DNA of 43,136 bases from Sphingomonadaceae bacterium (lineage in GTDB: Bacteria; Chloroflexota; UBA6077). The position numbers and the translations under genes were made by a program. The notes beneath the pieces are model-generated. The model ran no database searches and was not told the DNA's origin. It saw only the letters and a list, made by a program, of their open reading frames with translations. Below are positions 16,428 to 24,908 of the stretch, piece after piece; position 1 is the stretch's first letter, and the number at the start of each line of letters is the position of its first letter. The stretch covers positions 1 through 43,136 of the forward strand of contig JBLNDL010000095.1 of the NCBI GenBank assembly GCA_050261575.1. Direction: 5' to 3'.

Positions 16428-18417
16428 AGATCGCCTCGGCCACCAGTTCGACGACGTCCCGAACCTCTATCCGGTCACAAAGGCCGGCGGCCTCGATCCC
16501 GTCGGTCAAGTTGCTGAGACAGTAGGGGCAGGCGATCGCCAGCACATCCACCTCCGCCTGGGCAGCCTCCCGGGCACGCAGTTCGGAGATCCGGTGATCC
16601 ACACTGGACTCCAGCCACATCCTGCCACCGCCACCTCCGCAGCAGAAGCTGCTCTCTCGCGACCTGGGCAGTTCGACCAGCTCCACCCCCGGGATTGCCC
16701 TCAGCAGTATTCGCGGTTCGTCGTGCACCCCATTGTGCCGTCCGAGGTAGCAGGGATCGTGGAAAGCGACCCGCTTCCCCACCCGGCCGGTCACCCGCAG
16801 GGAACCATCTGTGACCAGGCCCGCCACCAGTTGCGTGTGGTGGCGCACCCGCGGGTCCGGGACATCCTCCAACCCCAGCTTCCGCCTCAGGGTCGGGTAC
16901 TCCCGCACCATGGTGTGGTAGGCGTGGGGCGAGGTGGTCACCAGGTTGGACACTCCCAGATCAGCAAAGGTGCCATAGTTGCCCTCCACCAGGGTCTCGA
17001 ACAACCCATCCTCTCCCAGCCGCCGGGCAGTGTCGCCACAGTCGACCTCCTCCCTGCCCAGCACCGCGAAGTCGATCCCGGCCGACTTCAGCACCTTCAC
17101 CAGGGCCTTCGCCACCTGCTGGTTTCTGGTATCGTCCGAGGCGATCCCTCCCACGTAGTAGCAGAGATCCGCCGTGTCACCCTGGGAGAGGTCCTTGGCC
17201 CCCAACTGCTCTAGCCAGGCGAAGCGCCTGGGGCTCGACGGCTCCCAGGGGTTCCCGTGGCGCCCCAGGTTGTTCAGAACGTCGCGGATGCTTCTCGGCA
17301 CGCGCCGGCCATCCTCCATCAGCACGGCTCGGGTGTCTCGGGCTATGTCGGCCGGATTGATCCCCACGGGGCAGCGCTCCGCGCAGGCGAGGCAGGTGGT
17401 GCACCACCAGCACTCGTCCTTAGCCACGGCGTCTTCGATCCTGGGATCGTCCTTCCACAGCGATCGCAGCCCGGGGATCTGTCGCTCGAGTCCGTACTTC
17501 GCCCGCGCGTACCGCTTCATCGACAGCACCAACTCCCGAGGGGAGAGGGGTTCACCAGCAGCGTAGGATGGGCAGACCATCTCGCACCGATTGCACCGGG
17601 TGCAGGCATCCAGGGAGACCATCTGGGTGCGGTCGAACTCGCCCTTCAGCCCCTCCCGCTCCTCCAGAGTGAGCACCTCAGGTGGCGCCGAGTTGAGATA
17701 CACGTTGGCGGGGCTCGCGAACATGTGGAACAGCTTCGAGTAGGGTAGGTAGGCGATCAATCCCAGGGCGGCTAGGGCGTGGACCCACCACAGCACTCCG
17801 TGCGTGCCACGGCTGCTAGCTGGGTCGCCGTCCAGCGCCAACCCCAGGATATCCCCCACGGGCGACCACTCCAGCCCGACGTGAGCGGTGGACCAGAGGC
17901 GCAGCCCCTCGACCAGGAAACCGGTCACGGCTATGACGAACAAGAAGGCCAATATCGCCGGGTCGTCCCAAAGGTTGTGGACCCGGTTGGCCTTCAGCAC
18001 GAAACGGCGGTAGGCGGCCATCGAGACGCCGACAACGAAGAAGGCGCCGGCAAGATCCAGCGCCAGGGAGTAGGTCAGGTAGGTGAACCCGTAGAGGAAG
18101 CCCACCACGTCGTGGTGAATGGTGAGAAGGGCCGTCCCGACGAAGAGCAGGACCCAGCCCCACATAATGAAGAAATGGGCGAGCCCACCCAAAGGGTCGC
18201 CTCTGAAGATCCTCCTCCCGAGCAGCGCATCCACGGCGGCCTTTCGCGCGCTGGCCGCCACGTCTCTGGGCCTCCGCTCCCCCCGAGACGACCGCCAGAT
18301 CCGCACGATGCGGTAGGTCCCGAGGAGGAACACGGCCGTCGCCAAGGCAGAGATGCCGTAGAACAGGATCTGATGCTGAGTGCCGATGTTCCAGAAGACT
18401 TCCCTAGTCACCTCCAC
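16426..18417 (-). CDS. Membrane Fe-S oxidoreductase, ETF:(methyl)menaquinone oxidoreductase (EMO)/FadF-like
   Basis: N-terminal TM helices with His residues, two CxxCxxCxxxCP motifs, CCG domains (HDPC, CCGGGGG, CPYC); directly upstream of etfBA. Confidence 0.88.
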   Translation of the reverse strand: MEVTREVFWNIGTQHQILFYGISALATAVFLLGTYRIVRIWRSSRGERRPRDVAASARKAAVDALLGRRIFRGDPLGGLAHFFIMWGWVLLFVGTALLTIHHDVVGFLYGFTYLTYSLALDLAGAFFVVGVSMAAYRRFVLKANRVHNLWDDPAILAFLFVIAVTGFLVEGLRLWSTAHVGLEWSPVGDILGLALDGDPASSRGTHGVLWWVHALAALGLIAYLPYSKLFHMFASPANVYLNSAPPEVLTLEEREGLKGEFDRTQMVSLDACTRCNRCEMVCPSYAAGEPLSPRELVLSMKRYARAKYGLERQIPGLRSLWKDDPRIEDAVAKDECWWCTTCLACAERCPVGINPADIARDTRAVLMEDGRRVPRSIRDVLNNLGRHGNPWEPSSPRRFAWLEQLGAKDLSQGDTADLCYYVGGIASDDTRNQQVAKALVKVLKSAGIDFAVLGREEVDCGDTARRLGEDGLFETLVEGNYGTFADLGVSNLVTTSPHAYHTMVREYPTLRRKLGLEDVPDPRVRHHTQLVAGLVTDGSLRVTGRVGKRVAFHDPCYLGRHNGVHDEPRILLRAIPGVELVELPRSRESSFCCGGGGGRMWLESSVDHRISELRAREAAQAEVDVLAIACPYCLSNLTDGIEAAGLCDRIEVRDVVELVAEAI

Positions 18418-19374
18418 CTACCTCCCCTGTCCGTTCCGCCTGAACCTGTCTACCAGTTCGACCGCGGCCGAACGGGAGGAAAGGTGCCGTTCGGCAACCT
18501 CCCCTGCCATCGCCAGGATTTCCCCTTCTCCCAACTCGGACCACAGATCTTCGATGAACCGCTGCTTCGTCGCGTTCAACAGCTCGCGCAGGGCGTTGTC
18601 TCGGCATCGACGCTCCATCTCCCCCGAGTCCATCAGGTAGCTCCGGTGGGCGTCCAGGGCATCCGCCAGCAGCCCGATGCCACTCCCCGTGGTGGCCACA
18701 GTCTTGAGCACGGGCGGCACCCAGCCGTCGTCGCCGTCCCTCATCGCCAGCATCGACGTCAGCTCGGCCGCCAACTGGTCTGCCCGGATCTTGTCGGCCT
18801 TGTTCACCACGAAGAGATCGGCGGCCTCCAGGATCCCCGCCTTGATCACCTGGATCCCGTCACCCATCCCGGGAACCTCGACCACGACGGTGGTGTGGGC
18901 CATCCGAGCGATCTCCACTTCGCCCTGGCCCGCGCCCACCGTCTCCACCAGGACCACGTGGCAACCGAAGGCGTCCAGCACCTTCACGGCGTCGGTGGTC
19001 GCCTGGGAGATGCCGCCGAGGGATCCTCTGCTGGCCATGCTGCGGATGAAGATCCCCGGATCTCCCGTGAGACTCTGCATGCGCACTCGATCCCCCAGAA
19101 GGGCACCGCCAGTGAAGGGACTCGTGGGGTCGACCGCGACGATCCCCACCCTCTTGTTCCGTGCCCGCAGCACCTTGGCAAGCCGACTCACCAGGGTGCT
19201 CTTGCCGCTCCCGGGCGCCCCGGTGATTCCCACCACGTGCGCCCTGCCGGTGCCTGGCAGCAGCTCCTGCAGCAGGGGCTCAGCCTCGGGCGCCCCGTTC
19301 TCTATGAGGCTGATGAGGCGGGCCGCGGCCACTCTATCGCCCGCCACCACGCGCCGTACCAGATCCATCGCCAT
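18418..19374 (-). CDS. meaB: B12-mutase-associated GTPase chaperone (MeaB/ArgK family)
   Basis: GAPGSGKS, VDPTSP, LGDRVRM, ETVGAGQ, NKAD; start uncertain (19368/19374/19422). Confidence 0.92.
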   Translation of the reverse strand: MAMDLVRRVVAGDRVAAARLISLIENGAPEAEPLLQELLPGTGRAHVVGITGAPGSGKSTLVSRLAKVLRARNKRVGIVAVDPTSPFTGGALLGDRVRMQSLTGDPGIFIRSMASRGSLGGISQATTDAVKVLDAFGCHVVLVETVGAGQGEVEIARMAHTTVVVEVPGMGDGIQVIKAGILEAADLFVVNKADKIRADQLAAELTSMLAMRDGDDGWVPPVLKTVATTGSGIGLLADALDAHRSYLMDSGEMERRCRDNALRELLNATKQRFIEDLWSELGEGEILAMAGEVAERHLSSRSAAVELVDRFRRNGQGR

Positions 19375-19381
19375 CCATATG

Positions 19382-19434
19382 GCGAGTGAGGAGTGACGAG
19401 TGCACGACTCATCACTCCTCACTCATCGCTCGTT
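19382..19434. repeat. Heptamer inverted-repeat element, family A
   Basis: AGTGAGG AGTGACG AGT-GCACG-ACTCATC ACTCCTC ACTCATC GCTCGTT. Confidence 0.85.
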
Positions 19435-19831
19435 TGGGTGCGTTCGCCGTAATGAAGTCGACAATGTGGCGGGTCGAGGTGCCGGGCCCGAAGATGGCCC
19501 GAAAGCCCATAGCCTCGACGGCGGCGATATCCTCGTCCGGTATGATGCCGCCGGCCACCAGCAATACCTTCCCCAGGTCGTTCTGCTTGACCAGCTCGCT
19601 GATCCTAGAGAAGAGGGGGAGATGAGCCCCCGACAGGATGCTGAGCCCGATGACGTCTACATCCTCCTGCAGCGCGGTCTCCACGATCATCTCAGGAGTC
19701 TGGCGCAGCCCGCCGTAGATCACCTCCATCCCGGCGTCTCGGAGAGCCCTGGCGACCACCTTGGCACCCCGATCGTGGCCGTCCAGCCCCGGCTTCGCGA
19801 TCAGCACCCTGATCCGCGATCGCTCCTCCAA
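19412..19831 (-). CDS. icmB: Acyl-CoA mutase cobalamin-binding small subunit
   Basis: [10 protein letters not shown] (DxHxxG), SILSG, GGIIP; TTG start with GGAGG. Confidence 0.9.
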   Translation of the reverse strand: MEERSRIRVLIAKPGLDGHDRGAKVVARALRDAGMEVIYGGLRQTPEMIVETALQEDVDVIGLSILSGAHLPLFSRISELVKQNDLGKVLLVAGGIIPDEDIAAVEAMGFRAIFGPGTSTRHIVDFITANAPKRAMSEE

Positions 19832-19955
19832 AGCGCAACCTCCAGGAAAAGGACTCCCGCCCCGTTCGAACCGATGCGAGTCCGGTCTCGACGTGTCTCG
19901 AGTGGTCCATCCGCCGAGCCGAGGGCGCAACTCGGTGTCACCCTGAACGCATTAC

Positions 19956-20025
19956 CTGTCGTGCCGGGCGTTGGCGAGGGATCTCCAGCCCCAGAAGAGA
20001 TGCTTCCCTTCGCTCGACATGACGA
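19956..20025. repeat. Degenerate REP-like inverted doublet (same type as 152-240)
   Basis: TGTCGTGCCGGGCGTTGGCGAGGGATCTC ... GAGATGCTTCCCTTCGCTCGACATGACG. Confidence 0.5.
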
Positions 20026-20069
20026 CTGCTCTCAACCTGCCGGATGGACCGCTTGATTGGCGAGCGGGA

Positions 20070-21740
20070 CTACAGCACCGGCGTCTCGACGTACTCCCCG
20101 AACACCTCGCGAAACACTCCGACGATCTCTCCCAGGGTCGCATAGGCCCGTGCCGCCTCGATGATGTAAGGCATGGTGTTGCCGCTGCCGGCGGCGACCC
20201 GCCGCAGATCGTCGAGGCAGCGCGTTACCCAGGCATTGTCCCTCGCCCGCCGCACCCGGCCGAGTCGCGCCAGGTGCTTGCGCTCACCCTCCGGGTCCAT
20301 CTTCAGCAGAGGGATCCTCGGCGGTTCCTCGGATCGGTAGTCGTTGACCCCCACGATGGTTCGCTTCCCCTCGTCGATCTCACGCTGATAGCGGTGAGCC
20401 GAATCCGCGATCTCTCGCTGAAAGAAGCCCTTCTCGATCGCGGGGATCGCGCCCCCCAACTCGTCGATCCTCCGGAAGTACTCCCTCACCGCCCTCTCGG
20501 TTCGATCCGTGAGCGCCTCCACGAAGTAGGAGCCTCCCAGCGGGTCCACGGTGTTCGTCACCCCGCTCTCGTGGGCGATGATCTGCTGCGTACGCAGGGC
20601 GATACGGGCAGCCTCCTCCGAGGGCAGGGCCAGCGCCTCGTCCATGGAGTTGGTGTGGAGCGACTGGGAGCCGCCCAGCACCGCGGCGAGCGCCTGAAGG
20701 GCGACCCGCACGACGTTGTTCTCCGGCTGCTGTGCCGTCAGGGAGCAGCCCGCCGTCTGGCTGTGGAAGCGCAGCCGCCAGGAGCGCGGGTCCTTCGCGC
20801 CGAAGCGATCCCGCATCTCCCTGGCCCATATGCGTCGCGCCGCCCGGAACTTCGCGATCTCCTCGAAGAAATCGTTATGGACGTTGAAGAAGAAGCTGAG
20901 GCGAGGGGCGAAGTCATCGACATCGAGTCCCCGATCCACCGCCGCCTGGACGTAGGCGAGCCCGTCGTATAGGGTGAAGGCCAGCTCCTGCACCGCCGTC
21001 GCTCCCGCCTCACGGATGTGGTAGCCGCTGATGGACAGGGTGTTCCAGAGGGGCATCTCACGGGCACCGAACTCTATGGTGTCCACCACCAGACGCATGG
21101 ACGGCCCCGGCGGGAAGATGAACTCCTTCTGTGCGATGAACTCCTTCAGGATGTCGTTCTGTATGGTGCCGCCCAGCCGCGCACGAGGGATGCCGCGCTT
21201 CTCGGCCGCGACGATGTACATTGCCCAGACGACCGCGGCTGGGCCGTTGACCGTCATGGAGGTGGTGATCCGATCCACAGGAATGCCGTCGAACAGCACC
21301 TCCATGTCGGCGAGCGAGGAGACAGCCACGCCACACCTGCCGAACTCGCCCGAAGCCATGGGATGGTCGGTATCGTACCCGTAGAGTGTCGGGGTATCGA
21401 AGGCGACCGACAGTCCCGTCTGGCCCTCCTGCAGCAAGTACTTGAACCTGGCATTGGTCTCCTCCGCGGAGCCGAAGCCCGCGAACATCCTCATGGTCCA
21501 GAGCCGGCCCCGATACATCGTCGGGTGGATGCCCCTCGTGAAAGGGAACAGGCCAGGGAATCCTAGTTGGTCCAGGTAGCTTCGGTCCGGCACGTCCGCG
21601 GGGGTGTACAGTCGCTCCACCGGGACTCCCGAGGTGGTGACGAACTGGTCCTTCCGCTCCGGGCGTAGCCCCACGGCGTCTCGAAGCGGCCCCTCTTCCC
21701 ATTCCTTCCGCTTCTCGCCGATCTCTTCAGGGTCCGGCAT
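20070..21740 (-). CDS. icmA: Acyl-CoA mutase large subunit (methylmalonyl-CoA mutase family), isobutyryl-CoA mutase type
   Basis: [43 protein letters not shown]; Phe/Gln specificity residues. Confidence 0.9.
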   Translation of the reverse strand: MPDPEEIGEKRKEWEEGPLRDAVGLRPERKDQFVTTSGVPVERLYTPADVPDRSYLDQLGFPGLFPFTRGIHPTMYRGRLWTMRMFAGFGSAEETNARFKYLLQEGQTGLSVAFDTPTLYGYDTDHPMASGEFGRCGVAVSSLADMEVLFDGIPVDRITTSMTVNGPAAVVWAMYIVAAEKRGIPRARLGGTIQNDILKEFIAQKEFIFPPGPSMRLVVDTIEFGAREMPLWNTLSISGYHIREAGATAVQELAFTLYDGLAYVQAAVDRGLDVDDFAPRLSFFFNVHNDFFEEIAKFRAARRIWAREMRDRFGAKDPRSWRLRFHSQTAGCSLTAQQPENNVVRVALQALAAVLGGSQSLHTNSMDEALALPSEEAARIALRTQQIIAHESGVTNTVDPLGGSYFVEALTDRTERAVREYFRRIDELGGAIPAIEKGFFQREIADSAHRYQREIDEGKRTIVGVNDYRSEEPPRIPLLKMDPEGERKHLARLGRVRRARDNAWVTRCLDDLRRVAAGSGNTMPYIIEAARAYATLGEIVGVFREVFGEYVETPVL

Positions 21741-21779
21741 CTCGCCACCCATCCCAAGTTGTTAGTCTGATTAAAGAAA

Positions 21780-21796
21780 GTCAATATTCATGCCAC
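21780..21796 (-). promoter_or_regulatory. Possible sigma54-type promoter for the mutase-ETF-dehydrogenase operon
   Basis: Minus strand GTGGCATG-AATA-TTGAC; correct spacing, but -12 is TTGA not TTGC. Confidence 0.4.
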
Positions 21797-21884
21797 GTTG
21801 CAGAAGCCCAGAGGCTCGCGCACCGATGCTCGAGGGGATATGATGGTGAATAGATCCGGCCATAGACGGGAGAGAAGGAACACC

Positions 21885-22847
21885 ATGCGAACGAGAGTCA
21901 CCGACCTACTAGGAACCCAGTACCCCATCGTCCAGGGCGGACTGCAGCATCTGGCACTGCCGGAGCTGTGCGCCGCGGTCTCCGAGGCGGGGGCACTGGG
22001 GCAGTTAACCGCCGCCGCCTTTTCGTCGCCGACCGAGTTGCGTGAGGCGATCGACCGCACCCGCTCGCTGACCTCGAAGCCCTTCGGCGTCAACTTCGCC
22101 ATCGGCTTCCGGCCCCTGGCAGACCACCTCACGGCCGCGTTGGAGGCGGGGATTCGGGTATTCAGCTTCACGGGTGGTAATCCTGAACCCTTCCTCGTGC
22201 AGCTTCGCGGCCACGACGCCTGTACCATGGTGCTGGTGGCCGCCGTGCGGCAGGCCCAGAAGGCCGAGGCGCTGGGAGCCAGCGCCGTGATAGCCGTCGG
22301 ATGCGAGGGCGGCGGCCACATCGGGAGGGACGACGTGAGCACCCTCATTCTCGTGCCGCGGGTGGCGGATTCGGTGAAGATCCCCGTGCTGGCCAGCGGA
22401 GGGATCGGGGATGCCCGGGGGCTCGTGGCTGCCCTGGCGCTGGGCGCCGAGGGGATCGAGATGGGCACCCGCTTCGTCGCCACCCAGGAGTGCCTCGCGC
22501 ACCCCAGCTACAAGCAGGCGTTAGTCGAGACCCCGGAGACCGGCACTGTGGTGATCGAGCGGAGCATCGGGCGCCCGGGGAGGGTGCTGCAGGGCCCCTG
22601 GGCCGAGCGCATCCTAGAGATGGAGCGGAGGGGCGCCTCGCTCGAGGAGCTTCTACCCCTCATCAACGGAGAGGTCAACCGGCGTGCGGCCAGGGACGGG
22701 GAGTTGGATCGCGGCTTTGCCTGGGCAGGGCAGGTGGTGGGTCTGATCCAGGACGTACCTCCGGCCGGCGAGCTGATCCGCCGCATCGCCGAAGAAGCAG
22801 CGGCGATCGAAAGGAGGTTGGGTTCGGTTCTTGCCTTCTCCTCCTGA
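21885..22847 (+). CDS. Nitronate monooxygenase / FabK-like FMN-dependent oxidoreductase
   Basis: YPIVQGG, KPFGVN, EGGGHIG, ASGGIGD, MGTRF, AGQVVG. Confidence 0.9.
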   Translation: MRTRVTDLLGTQYPIVQGGLQHLALPELCAAVSEAGALGQLTAAAFSSPTELREAIDRTRSLTSKPFGVNFAIGFRPLADHLTAALEAGIRVFSFTGGNPEPFLVQLRGHDACTMVLVAAVRQAQKAEALGASAVIAVGCEGGGHIGRDDVSTLILVPRVADSVKIPVLASGGIGDARGLVAALALGAEGIEMGTRFVATQECLAHPSYKQALVETPETGTVVIERSIGRPGRVLQGPWAERILEMERRGASLEELLPLINGEVNRRAARDGELDRGFAWAGQVVGLIQDVPPAGELIRRIAEEAAAIERRLGSVLAFSS

Positions 22848-22867
22848 GAAGGAGGCTGCGCCCGACC

Positions 22868-23650
22868 ATGTCAGCGGCAAGGTACATCAGGACAGAGAGA
22901 ATCGACCACGTTCTACGCATCACCGTGGACCGCCCCGAAGCCAGAAACGCCATCAACTCGGAGTTGCTGGGCGAGCTGACCGAAGCCATGCTCGATGCCG
23001 CCGCCGCAGAGGTGAGGGCGGTGGTGCTCACCGGAGCTGGCGATCAGGCTTTCGTCTCCGGAGCCGATATCAAGGAGATGAGCAGGAAGACACCGAGCGA
23101 GGGCCGGGACTTCGCCGCCCGGGGCCACAGGCTGACTCGCATCGTGGAGGAGATGGAGATACCGGTCGTCGCCGCGATCAACGGGGCCGCCTTGGGTGGA
23201 GGATGCGAGCTGGCCATCGCCTGCGACGTTCGGATCGCCAGCGACCGGGCAGTCCTCGGCCAGCCCGAGGTGCGCCTCGGCATCCTCCCCGGCTGGGGCG
23301 CCACCGTCAGGCTCCCCCGCATCGTGGGCGAGGGCGTGGCCCGGGAGATGATCCTCTCCGGCAGGATCCTCTCTGCCGAGGAGGCCCTGCGCGTGGGACT
23401 GGTGAACTCCGTGGTTCCCCACGAGGAGTTGAGCGAGGAGGCCCTCAAGATGGCTCTGTCGATGGCGGGTGGCGGGCCCATCGCCGTCGCCTTCGCCAAA
23501 CGCTCCATTAACCGGGTGCGGACACTGGACACCGAGTCCGCGACCGAGTTCGAGGCCGGCCTCTTCGCACTCTGCTTCTCGACCGAGGACCAGCGCGAAG
23601 GCATGGACGCCTTCCTCGAGAAGAGAGCCCCCAACTTCCGCCGCCGTTAG
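22868..23650 (+). CDS. crt: Enoyl-CoA hydratase (crotonase)
   Basis: AFVSGADI, GGGCEL and QPEV catalytic Glu pair, PGWG; SD AGGAGG. Confidence 0.92.
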   Translation: MSAARYIRTERIDHVLRITVDRPEARNAINSELLGELTEAMLDAAAAEVRAVVLTGAGDQAFVSGADIKEMSRKTPSEGRDFAARGHRLTRIVEEMEIPVVAAINGAALGGGCELAIACDVRIASDRAVLGQPEVRLGILPGWGATVRLPRIVGEGVAREMILSGRILSAEEALRVGLVNSVVPHEELSEEALKMALSMAGGGPIAVAFAKRSINRVRTLDTESATEFEAGLFALCFSTEDQREGMDAFLEKRAPNFRRR

Positions 23651-23821
23651 CATGCTGGACGCCGACCCCAGATGCTCAGAGAGGCGGCGGCGCCAGCCGC
23701 CCCCAAAACGCATCCCATCGTGCCGTCCGAGGTGAGGCTCTGTCATTTTCGTTTAAGCGAGGCGTGCCACGATGGGGGCTGATCGGAAGGTGGCGCCATC
23801 CAGGCAGGAGGGAATGGCAGA

Positions 23822-24676
23822 ATGGCGATCGAGAGAGTTGCGGTTGTGGGCGCAGGCACCATGGGATCTGGTATCGCGCAGGTGCTCGCGCTGGCCGGCT
23901 TCCCCCTGAAGCTGATCGACGTAGCCTCGGGGCAGGTGGAGAGGGCTCTGCGCGCGATAGACGTCGATCTGAGTAAGGCCGTGGCAAACAGGCGCATCTC
24001 CGAAACGCAGAGGGTGGAAGCGCTCGGGCGAATAGTCGGCTCCGTCGAGATCACCGACGCCTCCGATGCAGACCTGGTGATAGAGGCGATCGTGGAGGAC
24101 TTCGGCGCGAAATCCTCGCTCCTTCGGGAACTGGACAGGGTCTGCCGTCCAGAGGCCATCTTCGCCTCCAACACCTCGTCGATCTCCATCACCCGGCTAG
24201 CAGGGGCCACCAGCCGTTCGGACCGGGTTATCGGGATGCACTTCTTCAATCCGGTGCCGGCCATGAGGCTGGTCGAGGTGATCCGCGGAATGGCGACCAG
24301 CGACAACACGATGACCCTGGTGCTGCAGGCGGTCCAAGCACTGGGGAAGACGGCCGTCGCGGTGCAGGACTACCCAGGCTTCGTCTCCAATCGGCTGCTG
24401 ATGCCCATGATCAACGAGGCAGCCTACGCCCTGATGGAGGGGGTGGCGACGAGGGACGCCATCGACACAGTGATGAAGCTGGGGATGAATCATCCGATGG
24501 GCCCGCTGGAGCTTGCCGATCTGATCGGTCTGGACGTCTGCCTCTACATCATGCGGGTACTTCAGGAAGGTTTCGGGGACGACAAGTACCGCCCCTGCCC
24601 GCTGCTGGTTAACATGGTGGCTGCCGGACGTCTCGGCCGAAAGGTGGGTCGAGGGTTCTACGACTACCAGGACTGA
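23822..24676 (+). CDS. hbd: 3-hydroxybutyryl-CoA dehydrogenase
   Basis: GAGTMGSG, SNTSS, MHFFNP, PMGPLELAD. Confidence 0.95.
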   Translation: MAIERVAVVGAGTMGSGIAQVLALAGFPLKLIDVASGQVERALRAIDVDLSKAVANRRISETQRVEALGRIVGSVEITDASDADLVIEAIVEDFGAKSSLLRELDRVCRPEAIFASNTSSISITRLAGATSRSDRVIGMHFFNPVPAMRLVEVIRGMATSDNTMTLVLQAVQALGKTAVAVQDYPGFVSNRLLMPMINEAAYALMEGVATRDAIDTVMKLGMNHPMGPLELADLIGLDVCLYIMRVLQEGFGDDKYRPCPLLVNMVAAGRLGRKVGRGFYDYQD

Positions 24677-24807
24677 GCGCATCATTGGCTTAGGGCGATG
24701 GACTCTCGATCCGGATGCAGGGGCGGATCACCGTGCCCGCCCGCGCACCCCGGCCGGCCCCTGCGTCGGGGACGCGCCGAGTGCGCAGCCTGGGTCCCAT
24801 CCTCCGG

Positions 24808-24836
24808 TTGACCGGGGGGGAGGCCTTCGGTATCAT
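24808..24836 (+). promoter_or_regulatory. sigma70-type promoter
   Basis: TTGACC-17 nt-TATCAT upstream of the UbiA-family gene. Confidence 0.65.
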
Positions 24837-24908
24837 CTCACTTGTCGGCCGCACTCCGTGGATAGCCTGTTCCGGGGCGGCCTTGATCGTTATAGGAGCA
24901 GACCAGAG

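Noticed and set aside
19832..20069. Cobalamin riboswitch between the B12-mutase subunits
   Set aside because: An AGGGAA is present, but the GCxACTG and B12-box elements are missing.
20070..21740. Methylmalonyl-CoA mutase call
   Set aside because: Phe/Gln instead of Tyr/Arg at the specificity positions.
23651..23821. Riboswitch in the crt-hbd spacer
   Set aside because: Only an inverted repeat (CCCATCGTG/CACGATGGG); no recognisable aptamer consensus.
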